Below are positions 37,130 through 51,134 of a DNA stretch of 64,000 bases, one piece after another. A program made the position numbers and the translations under genes. The stretch's first letter is position 1, and each line of letters starts with the position of its first letter. The DNA is from Octopus vulgaris. Its lineage: Eukaryota. The notes under the pieces are model-generated. The model was not told where the DNA came from. It made no database searches and saw nothing but the letters and a program-made list of their open reading frames with translations. The stretch lies in assembly GCA_951406725.2 (NCBI GenBank), contig OX597820.1, positions 42,718,001-42,782,000 of the forward strand, in the 5' to 3' direction.

Positions 37130-37390
37130 GTAGACAACGACCTCTGTGTTCTACGCAACTTGCGATATCTGCCATTACCAAGGAATGAGCTTCTGACGTC
37201 AGCGGTTGCAGGTGCTTCTACGTCTTAGCAAGGAGAGTAATTACAATTGGGCGTCAATTTGCTGCGTAGACGAGGCGCTTGTGTGGCGTGGGGATTGTTC
37301 CGGGACGCGCACTGAGCGGCCCTTCTCTAATTAGTGTTCCCCGATAAGAAGAGACAAAGGGGGTAAAGGAAGTTGTAAACCGAAGAGAAG
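37130..37390. promoter_or_regulatory. Candidate cis-regulatory island (CpG-rich, perfect CRE)
   Basis: Unique GC/CpG-rich sequence among microsatellites; TGACGTCA at 37194-37201. Function is inferred only. Confidence 0.3.
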
Positions 37391-37399
37391 TGAATTAGC

Positions 37400-38040
<641 letters not shown>

Positions 38041-39166
38041 GCAGCGTTGATATAAAAAGAGACAGCTGGATATTTGGGACAGTGAGAGTAAAAGAAACAA
38101 TGTAGTTTATAGAAAGTCATAAAGTAGAGAATGTAAATATACATACATATATATATGTTTGTGGGAGGTGTGAGACAGAGAGATATGATATATAGAGAGC
38201 GCGAATATTGAAAAGGTGACTTTACAATACTGAAGATAGAAAGAGAGATAATGAAAAATATGGTAGTTTAGCGTGGTAGTTTAGACGATAATACTGAAAA
38301 GCTAGTAAGAACGATACAAAGTGTTGGACAGAGGAAAGCTGTCAACGAAGTGCGAGAGACAGATAAGTAGATGGATATGTTGAAAGAGAGAGAAAGAAAG
38401 AGATAGAATGAAAATAACTGAAAGATAAAGAAACAGACATACGGGCTCAGAGAAACAATAATATAAAAAAAGAATTGAAAAGTTTAGTCGGGGGAGAAGA
38501 AGTGGGAGAGAGATAGATGGCAGAGCGAATAACTGAAATAAAAGCGAATGGGTTTGAGCGAATGGGAAGAGAGCGAACGTCAGAAAGAAAGGAAAGTAAA
38601 TTGCGGGAAATAGTGAAATAGCAATGGAGGTAGTGAGAGGTAGGAAAAGAGAAAGAGAGGTGGAATGAAGGAGGGAGAGTAAAAGGAGTAAATAGGTGTG
38701 AATGTAAGGGAAAGAAAAGTATGTTGATAGAATCGGCTCTAATGAATGTAGTATTTCATTCATAAGAACCCGAGACATTTGTCAGATTCTTGAAGAGAAG
38801 AGGTGAGACATGGAGATAAAGAAAGGCAAAGAGAGAGGGGAAGAGACAGAGAGTGTAAAAGAGTGTCAGTAGAAAAGGGAAGGCGGTGGGAAACAGAAAC
38901 TAATGCCTGTAGAATATCGAAGAAATATTGTGTAGACAGTTTTGTATGTGTGTGTGTGTGTGTGTATGTGTGAATGGAAGGTGACTGTGGAAGCGGTGTT
39001 ACTTGGAATTTAAGCAAAGTGCGAAATTCTCTGCTCAGTGTATGTGTGTGTGCTGGGGGGAGAGGTGTATGTGCAAGTGTTTATGTGTGTAAATATGTTT
39101 ACGTGTGTGTGTGTTTGCGTTTGCATCAGTATATTGATGTGTTTTTTGCGTTTGCTTGTATGCCTC

Positions 39167-39198
<32 letters not shown>

Positions 39199-39619
39199 AG
39201 TGCTAGAGTCCAAATAGAAAATGAAACTAAGAGAAGAGTGAAGGAGAGAAAAGTGTAAAATGTACCATTTGCTTTAATTAACTGTTGTAATATTTGCTGT
39301 TGTTTGTGGATGTTAGCTCTTACTGCAGTGTAGCTCCAATTCCGTTCTGATAGCGAAAAATCCTACGATAATATGCGCTCCCACCGTGACCATGCAGTCA
39401 TTTGATGTTGTTAAATACCATATTGTATAATGTGTGTATTATTTTAAGCTGATAGAATGTTTTATGAAAGATATTTTGGCTGGTATTTCTCTAGTTTTCT
39501 CAGCCTCATAACAGTGTCGTATTGATGGCTGCTAATTTGTATCGTTACAAGGGAACCGTTGTATAATTATTCTTTTCTGCTGATTGTGTTGTAACTGTTA
39601 TTTTCTCTCCCCAGATCAT

Positions 39620-40200
39620 TTCCGACTGAACATAGATATGATGAAAGACATCTTAATCATGACTTATGATGACAGGCATTTCACTTATGATTTATAAGTG
39701 ACTATGCTTTATAACTGACAGACGTTCTGTAATGATTTCTGATACATGACTATAATGTATGATAAATGACTGACGTTCCAGCCGTGTTAAATAATAAATT
39801 ACTATAATTTCTGATAAATGAATGACGTTTCAGCTATGTTAAATAATAAATTACTATAAGTTATGATAAATGACAGCCGTTCCCGTTATGATTTTATGAT
39901 AAATGTCTATCATTTATGATAAATGCCTACCGTTTATGATAAATGACAGACGTTCCAGATATGATTTAGGATACATGACTATCATTTCTGACAAATGCCT
40001 ACGATTTATGATAAATCGCAAATGTTCCAGTTATGACTTATGATGTTCTATTTATAAATTATGATATCAGAATGGGTCTAGCACTTCTGATAACAGTCGT
40101 TGCTTTTATGACTTATGATGAAAGACGTTCCAAGTACGACTTATGATTACAGACACTCCATCCATGATTTATGATAACAAATATTCCAGACATGATTTAT
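39620..40200. repeat. Degenerate minisatellite (TTATGATAAATGACAGACGTTCC-like units)
   Basis: Recurrent TGATAAATG and GACGTTCC motifs at ~20-50 bp spacing. Confidence 0.8.
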
Positions 40201-41632
40201 ATGTAACTTTCTTCAAATTTAATCCAAGGACAATGTTGATTAAATTACAGTAACCAATCTGCTATTTTCTATTTGAAGACAATATAATTATGATGTCATA
40301 TATATTTGGCTCCTATTTTTAAACTCTCATGTGACCATTCTGGTTGTTGTTTTATACCATGTTGTTATCAAAGTTCCTGGTGGTGATTTTAGTGTTAGTG
40401 CTTTTCTTCCGTGTTTTCTTGGTTTCCGTACGTCGGTTAGAAAAATGTTATGCTTACTGCTTTGTTGTAGTTGTAATAGAGAGGCTTGTAGCAGAATTAG
40501 TAATCACAGTCGTAGTAGTTATTGTTTAATACAAGTTAAAATGATTTCAACAGATATTTTAACAAATGCTTCCCAGTGGTGATAAAACACAAATATTTTA
40601 TATGGTTTTAACAACGAATCCAATGCTTTAAAAAAAAAACTGTAGGGAGTGCTTGGAGTTTTAAATACATAAGGCTTTAGGAGAGCCATCGAGTAGAGTT
40701 TAATATTAGTACTTTATCCGTCCAAACAATGGTTTAATGACAGACAAAGCTGGCCTCGTCGAGTTATAACTCATAATATCCAGGAGTACTGCAGGTTAGG
40801 TTGTTCGTGATCTGATAATTTGCACAATTTACAAATTAGCAAATAATTGTGTTGAATTTTGTCTCAGGATCAGCAATTTTAAGGTAAGTAGCTAAACGAT
40901 TACATCAGCTTAATTTAATCGACCACGAAAGGATAGATGGAGAAGGTGATATTGGCGAGATTTGAACGTAGGACGTAGAACTAGACCAGGTATTATCAGA
41001 CATATTATCCTACTCTCTAATGTCTGGATCACTCCACCGATTTCATAACAAAACTATCAACTTGATACTTGATACACCAGATCTATCTCACAACTAGGGC
41101 ATGTGATTGACTTTTTACCAATTTCACTTTCCACCTCCTGATTTGGATCTTTAAACGTACATCTTTTACCTACTTCTGAATTATTTTTTGGTTTGTTTTG
41201 TCTAATTCCATACTGCAAATAATTTCCAACAAAATGGCCGAATGCACACGACGAGAAAGGAAATGGCATAGCCATGTAATATTTGTAATGTTACACAGTA
41301 TGCAGCCGGTTTACAATTTGAAACAGCTGTAGGTCTTGACTACTTGAATTTCTTTCATTTACACACTTGATTGTAATAGTAGAAGCAACATTTTATTTTC
41401 TTTTAACTGGAGTTGTATAGCATCTGTCATTTTATCTAATCTCAATATAGGACAAAATGTATTTGATGAATCGATCAATACACTCTTATGATTGATGCTT
41501 TTATATTTCCTATACAAGCCTTGTATATACCAGAATTAACCAATTATCTATACTACGACACACACACACACACACACACACACTCTCAACCACTCACTCA
41601 CCTACACACGCACACACATGTATATATGTATA

Positions 41633-41808
41633 GGCGCAGGCGTAACGGTGTGGTAAGAAACTTGGTCCAATCCACATAGTTCCGCGTTCAGTCCCACTGC
41701 GTGGCACCTTGGGTAAGCGTCTTCTACATTAGCGTCGGGCCGCCCAAAGCCTTGTGAGCAGATTTGGTAGAAGGAAAGAAGCCCGTCATGTATATATATA
41801 TATATATC

Positions 41809-41857
<49 letters not shown>

Positions 41858-41947
41858 CACGACGGGCTTCTTTCCTTCTACCAAATCTACTCTCACATAT
41901 GTGTGTGTGTGTGTATGTGTGTGTGTATGTATTTATTTATATATATA

Positions 41948-41997
<50 letters not shown>

Positions 41998-42215
41998 ATG
42001 TGTGTGTTACCTTGTGTCTGTGTTTTTACCCCAACATCGCTTGGCAACCGATGTCGGTGTGCTTGTGTGACTGAAACTTAGCGGTTCAGCAAAAATGACC
42101 GATAGAATAATTACTAGGCTTACAAAGAATATGTCCGTGTGTCGATTTCTTCGACTAAAGGCGATGCTCTAGCATGACCGCTGTCAAATTACTGAAACGT
42201 ATAAAAGAATAAAAA
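41633..42215 (+). mobile_element. SINE family 1 copy with an internal fold-back duplication
   Basis: Head, central TA/TG tract and tail are present; 41753-41794 is inverted at 41854-41897. Confidence 0.88.
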
Positions 42216-44734
42216 GTAATATATTCCTACCCTGCTGGCATTTTAATGTCCGGAGGGCAGCGTTCCTTTCCTACATTTGCATTATTCTTCAAGCTGTACT
42301 CGAAAAGTTGAAAAGAAATTTTGCTGGAAAGAAAATGCCCTGCATACATTTCGCTTGGTCACCTTTACAATACTATCGATTTCTCTATAGCCTATGGATA
42401 CAGCAAAACTGCTCGCACATGCTTTTCAAAAGTAGAAGGCGATATTTACAATGAATTCCATCAAAAATCTGATTCATGTTACATGCAGTACAATCTTTCC
42501 CGTATAATTATACAACTTAAAATGGCTGTGAAATTGTAAGTGTAAAAGGAATACACTCCTTTTGCTCTACACATATATGGGAAAATCTCATTGTGGTGTT
42601 GCCAAGACTATTTTTTTTAGCTTGAATTGTAGCACACAACTTGTTAGGGCTGGAATTGAGACGTTTTGACGTTGTCCATAATTGCAGAGATGTGAGTTAT
42701 CTATAAGACACTGTTGAACTGATCGTCGATACGCAGTCATTGCCGACTTTGGGCATCAAATGGGACTCTTTAGTATCGCATCGAATAACCTGCAAATACC
42801 TTTCTATACATTCCATCGGTATATCTGGCCAGTTCGTAGAGAGTTTTTACGCCTGTGAAATTGTGTTCTACCGGTATCCAGACATCACATATGATTATGC
42901 CTCTCTCAAAATGCTATGGCATGCATAGTAAACCAAAACTGCACTAGTTCCCAGTCCGGAATTATTATCTTGTTTTCGCAGCCTAGGTGTATGACTGCCA
43001 GTCATTATTTACAGCATTCCGATATCTTCTTGCAGAGGATGCAGGGCGAAGATTATCTTCAGCTCAATGGGACCTTTCCCACCTACAGTAATGGAAATAA
43101 TCTTATTTGAACAGACCCTGACAACTTTTGTCATAGTTGTTGTTATCTGCCGTTCACAAAACTATCTTTTTCTTGGTAATAATCAAAGAACAGATCTCCA
43201 TTTCTAACCATCTGCTTCGCACAGTTGATTACAGTTTCGCTAAAAAATGTAGCTGGCAGTGGATTCCACCTACCTATTACTGTCCTTTATAAACCGTATT
43301 AAGAATTTCTTTTCAGAATTCGTCTGCGCAATCATTAAAAGGATTTCTTTCTGTTTTTTAACAGCATGCGTATAACTTTTTGCTTTGTGTAGTGGAAATA
43401 TAAGAAATACTCTGTCTGCAACGCCTTTAATTTGGCACCCACGTTTTAGCTCACACTGCAAGATACTTTTCTCTGACATAAGTTCCTTAGTTAGTAGACG
43501 AAGCCGGTTCTACTTTTCTTTCAAAGGTACACCACCATTTATTTATACCTGTTCTCCGTGACTGAAGTTCTTAGCTACAACACAAGATCACAAATTTTGT
43601 AGGGAGATAACATTCTATTTTCTAATCTCTAGAATTTGATTCGTTCCTATTTACAGATAGCAAATACACGAACGTCAAAGATGAACTGTGCAAAAATGAT
43701 AATCAGTTTGTAAAACAGTGTAATTCTGTTATAGAATTTACAAAGTTTTAGGAGCAGAAAGAGGGGGATGACAAGGACGAGGAGGATGAGAATGGGTGGG
43801 TTAATATATAAGAAATCAAAACGAAATATAAATATATAAGAATTCCAGATCTATTTTGAGATATTTATATATTTATAGCACCATCTATGAGTAGATATTG
43901 TACTTGTTGACGCATTTACAACGGATATTCTATGGATAAAGAAAAGAGATTAAAAGTCTCCAAAATTTTAACTTCATATTTTCTCTCCGTAACTTAAGTT
44001 CTTGCTGTCGCAAGTGCATGTAACGTAGTTGGATTCAAATTTCTTTTATTTTGTCTTCAGTAGAAGAAATTTATTTGTGTACTTCGTCGATATTCAGTTT
44101 CCAGAAATACATGTATGTCCCAATATATATTCACTTCAATATCTTCAACCAGAGTTGTACTTTTTAAATTCGATTTCAGTACATAATATCCTAAAATACA
44201 TCACTTTAAACTACTCTTCACTGTGGAATAGTCAGGTAGATTTTAGTTAGAAATATATGTTACTAGTGTGGTTAAGCGAGCCTATTCAAAATTATTTGGC
44301 TTCGATTTCAACCTTATTAAGTGTGCTTTGAGCAAGGTTTATATGCGCCTCGAGTCCACCAATTACGTTTCAGTGACTGTGGTAAATGGGATTTGACCTG
44401 AAGGTTATGGTTTTGTATTCATCAGATGGTTATTTCAGCTATATGATTTACAACTGGTGTAGCATTTGATTCCTGCAGATGATGTAATACTTTCCATTTG
44501 TTCTTTATCAAATATATACAGAAATATGTAGCTATGGATATTCGTGTGTGCGTGTGTGCATGTGTGTGTATGCAATCGTACATATATGCGTATATATATA
44601 TATGCATATATATTTATAAACATTATATATGTGTGTGCGTGTGTGTGTGCATATGTGTGTGTGTGTGTACATACAAACATATATGTACATACATATATAT
44701 GGATACATATTTATAAACATTCATATGTGTGTGT

Positions 44735-44773
<39 letters not shown>

Positions 44774-45673
44774 CGTGTGTGTGTTTATGTATATATATGT
44801 GTGCTTGTGTGTGTGTGTGCATGTGTGTGTGTGTGTGTGTGTGTGCATCATTTACTGTACACAGTTAAAGATACATTATACTAACAGTTTCTTTAGAGAC
44901 ATGATCCAAGCAATTTCGATCTCCGAGTACATGGTCTATTCTATCTGCAAATCAAGACGCTGGTACAAGACAAATCACGAGAAGAAAATAGTAGGTAGAT
45001 GCAAAATAAGGAAAGGTGAATAAAAACAAAAAAAAAGGAAATTAGTAATATATCTCCTTTCGTCGTAAAGCTATAATGAAGCAAATTGTAGATGCATAGT
45101 TTCACAGAAAAGAGGTGCAAAGTTTGCGAGACAACTGTTCAATCCGGAGAAAATGGTCCATATGATCGCATTTGCTGCAAATTTCGGGTTTGAAATTCAG
45201 TAGTGCGTCGGAATTCTTAGATTTAAAAAGAGTGTGTAACCATTCAGCTACGTATGAATTATATATTTTAGATGCATGTGGCATACGATTCTGCACTTGA
45301 TTGTATGTGGTGTACAGTTGGTCTTCAAGCCTTTCACATGGTTGGCAAACTTTGTGTTCTAATTTCTGTCGATGTGCCGCAAAAAAATAAGGAGTTAGTA
45401 GCTCGTATTCTTATACAGAGTACATAAAAATATATTTATCTCTCAATATTTTATTCTTGATCTTACATTAACGGAACAATAAACTATGTATGCATGTATG
45501 TGTATATTTATGTGTATGTGCGTGTCTATTTTGCTCTTTATTTGAACACCAGCTGACAAATGACATAGGTTTACTAATGTGCGTATAACTTAGCTTTCCG
45601 ACAAAAAAGAAACCGACGGTAGAACAAGACATGCTGGCGCAGGAGTGGTTGTGTGGTAAGTAGTATGATTACC

Positions 45674-48215
45674 TCACTGACAGAAGACTTCGCATTTTTC
45701 ATGCAGCTTAAAAGTCACGTCTTGCAACGTTAAAATTGAACATTTTGGAAGCACGACTACAGGTAGGCGTTTGTTGTATTTTTTGAGGGCTTAGTGGAGT
45801 TTGTTGCTCTGTATTTAATATTTCTTGGTGAGTAATAGACTCCACTCTGCTCCAGACATTTTCCTGTCTGTGGTCGAGCGTAAAGACTCTCTTTGCAGTG
45901 AGAACTGTGTTTTTGAGGAGGCGTAGTCCCTCCGCAAAAATTTATTTGTTTGCTTCTGAAATTGTCTTTGTGTTTTCCACTGGATTTACCACGGAGTACC
46001 AAGGTAGAAAGGACTAATTGTGCTGTGGTTGGATTTATTTTACCATCGTGAGAATTTTGGTGGGGCGTATTCGTCTTCGATAAATTGAGTGAATATTTTT
46101 CTCACCTAATTATGAGAACTGTATTGTGCCTTGAAGAACTTTAAGAATTGTGAGAACTGCTGTATAGGGGAGTGTTTTGCCTCCGAAGTTTCAACAATTT
46201 TTACCAATTTTATACCAATTTTTGTGGAAGTTGTGTTCCAGTTGCGGTGTTCCGGGTTCAATTTAGGCCGGGAGTACCGAATGGCCAGAAGATTTTTTGC
46301 CGTGTTATTGACTTTCTTTTCAACTTTATTTGATTTTCTCCTTTTTGTTTATTGTGACTTTCTTTTGATTTCTTTTTCTTCTCGCTTTTTAAGTTTTATT
46401 TTGAATATATTTAAAAAAAAAAACATGGCAATGAAAGATGACAAAATTTTGGAATGGGAGATTATACCGCCTAAAAAGTGGTTAAAAGACCGTGAAGATA
46501 GGACGGTGGTGTTGAGAACCTACTCCAAGGCACTCGACACCATCGCCCTGTTCGAAAAGACGGCAATTGAACAGGAGTTGGCAGAGTATTTGCCAACAAT
46601 TAAATTCATTTCCAGGGGTGTTAGATATGCAACGGTGTGGTTGCTATTTGACACCCCTGAAGAGGCTTGTAAATTTGCTAGTAAACCCCTGGACGGTAAG
46701 GAAATTTTATTCCTGCCCAGGTATCATGGAAAGAGATTGACGAAAGCTTGGATCTGCGGGCTGCCACCCGAGATAAAACCCGAGTGGATAGAGGAGACTG
46801 TCCGCCGAGGTCTGGGTGACAGCGGAACTAAGCTTCTTAATGTGAAAGTTCTTCCTGCGGCTGTTTGGGTTAGGTCAAAAGCAATTTTGACCCTTTGAAC
46901 CCAATCAGCAAATCTGGTTCTTCCTGATTTCTTGAAAATGGCCGAGTGCATGTACCCGGTGATACTTGAGGGTCGCCCCCCTAGGTGTCATCGGTACTTG
47001 GAGTCCGGCCATATAAAGAAAAACTGTCCCGGGAACAAAATAAGATCCTGGAGCAGTTAAGTGAAACCCCTATAGAAGAGGGAATGAAGACGGCCGAGGA
47101 AGCGGAGGACTCCTCAAACAGAGGCCGAAAGAGGGAGAATGGTGCTCACCAAAGGATACTAGGGATGAGGAGGGAAAGGCGAATCTTTCAGCCACGGAGG
47201 AGACGCACCCTCCCTCAGTTAAAAAGAAAAAAAGAGAAAGAGGAAGAGAAACGGGACATTACCGGCAGTCGGTGACATAGTACCGGAACGTCCCGGAACT
47301 ACGTCGGTTGGGGTCGTGCAACCGACAGGAGAAGAAACACCGTTGGCGGGAACTGTGCCGCCAACGAAAGAATTGAATATCCCGCCCCCGAGGAAAGACG
47401 ATATATTGATCTTCTTCCATAGAGGCGGAGAGATTGAAAAGGTGATGGAAAAGCACCATAAGGGAGCACCTTTAGCCTTCACACAAGACCCCGAATGGCC
47501 TCCGCAGGTAGCTGTGGAGGCCGTGGCGTTCGACGTGACGCTTGGGCTGAAGGAGCTCAATGAGCATTATAGCTTGTTCCCGGGCAACGCTAACACGGAA
47601 CTCGAATTGATTCTGAGGGAGGCGTGGTGGATGGCAGATAATGCGGGCACAAGTTATTTTGAGGATGAGTCATAAATTGTGGGACTGTGTGACACAAACA
47701 TGTGATAACAGGCACTTCGCTTTTCTTCTAAACCCCCTAGCTGTCAACGTGGTCTGCTCTGCAGACGGCTAGATATTTGGCTGGAGGTCCGGAAAGAGGA
47801 GGAAGGGAAAAGTGATAATGTATTTTTATGTTTGATAGGACATGTTTAGATACGACTTGAGGGGCCCCGACCTAGAGCTGGCGCATTCCTAAGGGAAGTG
47901 TAAGCCAGGTCTGGGAGGAGGGGCCTTGTGTATTGTATTTATATCATATGTAATTATTGAACTATGATGATGTTAGTAATGGACTGTTAAGTCCAAAAAT
48001 TGAAAAGTTGTAAAAATTGTAAGAGGTTTGATACCTCGTTTTGTGTTTGTTTTTAAAAGAACAATGTTTTGGAGAAGCAGAAGTCGGCGGGCGCTTTTTG
48101 TCTTCTCCCATCCTTATCATCTTTTTTCATTATCATTCATTTCATTAATGTCCTCGTCCAGCCCGCAAAGCCACTTTACTCTATGTACTGCCTTTATGGC
48201 AAATGTTATGAAATA
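45674..48215 (+). mobile_element. ORF1-only non-LTR-type retroelement (HAL1-like)
   Basis: 16 bp degenerate TSD (13/16 matches), terminal AATAAA, ~750 bp 5' UTR, gag-like ORF, and no RT or endonuclease motif seen. Confidence 0.75.
46425..47675 (+). pseudogene. LINE ORF1 / gag-like nucleic-acid-binding protein, disrupted
   Basis: Starts MAMKDDK..; reading through TGA at 46896 gives VILEGRPPRCHRYLESGHIKKNCP (CX2CX4HX4C knuckle with one C>Y, 46986-47027), then a frameshifted charged linker and a C-terminal domain ending at 47675. Confidence 0.75.
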
Positions 48216-49598
48216 AAGTAGATTGCTTACCAACCACATGGTCCCGAGTTTAGTCCCACTGCGTGGCACCTTGGGCAAGTATCTTCTACTAAAGGCTCGA
48301 GCCAACCAAAGTTTTGTGAGTGGATTTGGTAGACGGAAACTGGAAGAAGCCCGTCGTATATGTATATATATGTGTCTGTCTGTCTGTCTGTCTGTTTGTG
48401 TGTGTGTGTGTGTGTATGTTTGTGTGTCTGTTTGTCTCTGCAGCATCGCTTGACAACTGAGGCTGGTGTGTTTACGTCCCCGTAACTTAGAGGTTCGACA
48501 AAAGAGACCGATAGAATAAGTACTAGGTTTACAGAGAATAAACTCTGGGGTTGATTTGCTCGACAATAAAGGCGGTGCTCCAATATGGCCGTAGCCAAAT
48601 GGCTGAAACAAGCAAAAGAGTAAAAGAATAAACAAAGGAGTCGATTTTCTCGAACACGTCAAGATAGTGCCCCACCATGTCTACGCTCCTATGACTAAAA
48701 CCAGTGAACGCGAATATTCACATGAGCATACGTACGTACACATATACACACATACACACTTACACTTATACATACATGTGTATGTATTTCAAAATAAAAC
48801 TCGAAGCAAGAAGAAGAAATAGTTGATGTCTGAGAAGAAGCATGCGGTAAGCGGATTAAGACGGTAATGATGATGTCAATGTTAAGGACGCTGATTACAA
48901 TGACAGTGATGACAAATGTCCTCATGGTTCTTGATGGAAATAAAACAGTGACAAATTGTGGTAAGGTGCTCACGTGTAAAAGTGAAATTAAATGGCGGTT
49001 ACGTTAGTATATGTGGCAGATTTGCGTGGGTATGTAATTGCGCTGTGTGGAAATAACAAAAGAGTAAAAACAATAACAACATTCAAAAAATGTATATAAA
49101 ACATATAAAACTTTCCGTATAGAAAAACAGTGCATAAAATAAAATGATAAGTAATTAAATAAATAAATGAATAAACATTAAAGAAAAAATCGCTACGAAA
49201 CAAAAAAAGAATGAAAAACACATGTGAACAGACATTTAGGGTGTGAACATGCAATTGGAAATGGTAGGAGAAGAATTTGAGAAAAGATGACGAGTTGGAA
49301 TTTTATTCAGCCACTTAATTCTGGAAGTATGCCGGTGAGAAATGGTCGCTGTGTTTGCAGTCTGACATGTCTGGTGGCAAAAGTTTCAGAGTGACTTTTC
49401 GATCCGACGGGGAGACATTTAGAGAAAAGATAGAAGGGTGCTCCAACACAGAGGGTGTCCCCTCCCTCAACACACACACATATGCATGTAGCATTACAAA
49501 TCTCTCTCTCTATTTCTCACTCTCTCTCTGTATACATACATACATACACACACACACACATATATATATATATATGTACGTATGAATGTATATGTAAC

Positions 49599-49683
<85 letters not shown>

Positions 49684-50392
49684 TATATGCTTGTATGTGT
49701 GTATGTAGATATACACATAACCAACGATTCATTTCACTTTTAGAAATGAGTAACTGATCACTATTTGTCACTGTTTTATTTACTCCAACAATCATGAGGA
49801 TATTCGTCACCACTTCAGTAGCATTCAGCGTCCTTAATATCGATATTATCATTACTATTATCAGGTATCAAACCTTCTTGTTATTTTCTTTTGTCTTCAA
49901 TTGTATTTTGGAATATGTATAAGCATATACGTACACACGTACACACATACATATGTATGTCTATACTCACACACACACACCACACACGCGATACATTAAC
50001 ACCGTTAAATAATTATATGCCTTTACATCTGTGTGTACGTATACATACGCAGACTGATATTGCGAACAGCTACTACTTTGAATAAACATCTGTTATATGC
50101 AATAGTGATAGAATCAAATTAATATAGCAACCTACATACTGTACTTGCTTTATATACATCATTGCAATTTACTCTGGTATTCTTCCAGAGATAACATTTC
50201 TTGTGGACGTGTTTGAATAATCGCAATATCAGTAAATAATTTTCACCACTTCCCTAAGCGTCGTAGGTGACATACATTCTCTTAACATGTAGCTGGTTGT
50301 GAGTCAATGCCATTGAGAAGATCGAATGAGACTAAAATGCATCTGGTTTTCTCGGTAGACGCTGGTACGGTTTCTTTTCTCTCTCCGTTATA

Positions 50393-50617
50393 CAGGGTGC
50401 GGCAGAAGAACGCCCTTTTTGCATTTAATAACTTTTATGGTATATTAATGTTTATTAAGTATCTATTTTTTTATTGAACACAAATTTATTGCATTACTTA
50501 ATAAAAAATAATAATAATAAACTAATGAAAAAATCGCAGAAGTTTTAGAATATAAAGAAACTCAATTGGAAACTAGAAAACTCAAATACAAAAAGGCGTT
50601 ACTTCTGCCACACCCTG
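50393..50617. mobile_element. Tc1/mariner-type MITE (225 bp)
   Basis: TIR CAGGGTGCGGCAGAAGAACGCCCTTTTT versus reverse complement CAGGGTGTGGCAGAAGTAACGCCTTTTT; TA on the left flank. Confidence 0.85.
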
Positions 50618-50867
50618 AATATTGTTTGAATCTGAAAGCATGTCCACACGACATAACATCCCATTATGAATTATTTCCATTAACATCCATGTGCCAAGGC
50701 ACGAAACAGTCAGCTTTTGAGTCATCGGTGACTGCCGATTATCACAATAAACGCAAATATACTCCTATTCTGATGTTTGCTTTCCAGTTTGTGTCGGTAG
50801 CCTCTACACACATTTTTCTCTCCTTTGTTTTCTCTCCTTGTTTCTTTCTGTGTTCCTTTCTTTGTTC

Positions 50868-50903
50868 CTTTCTGCGGAAGAGCATAGGCTCGAAACGTAA
50901 AAG
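50868..50903 (+). ncRNA. Degenerate hammerhead motif in a family-A-related repeat (~50765-50995)
   Basis: CTTT-CTGCGGA-A-GAGC-atag-GCTC-GAAAC-GTA-AAAG. Stems are intact; the CUGANGA box is mutated. Confidence 0.6.
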
Positions 50904-51095
50904 ACTTTTTTTAATTCCTGAGCGTTATACTAATACATCTGTTTGTTTTCTACACCCTCTGTCTTCGTCTTTTGTTGTTTTGGTAAATTCTCCCTATATA
51001 TATGTATTCTTTTGAATAAGTATCAGTGGAATTTTTGAAACATATGTAGAAAGAAAAAATACTTGTTTAAACGTGCGTTAACTCCATTTTTTATT

Positions 51096-51134
<39 letters not shown>

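Larger units (their letters stand above)
45636..48632 (+). mobile_element. SINE family 1 copy split by a 2.5 kb insertion (parts 45636-45673 and 48216-48632)
   Basis: The head GGCGCAGGAGTGGTTGTGTGGTAAGTAG..TTACC resumes as AAGTAGATTGCTTACCAACCACATGG..TAGTCCCACTGCG. Confidence 0.88.

Noticed and set aside
46131-46424. N-terminal hydrophobic extension of the 255 aa ORF
   Set aside because: It starts at TTG and reads through a T-rich 5' UTR; the plausible start is the ATG at 46425.
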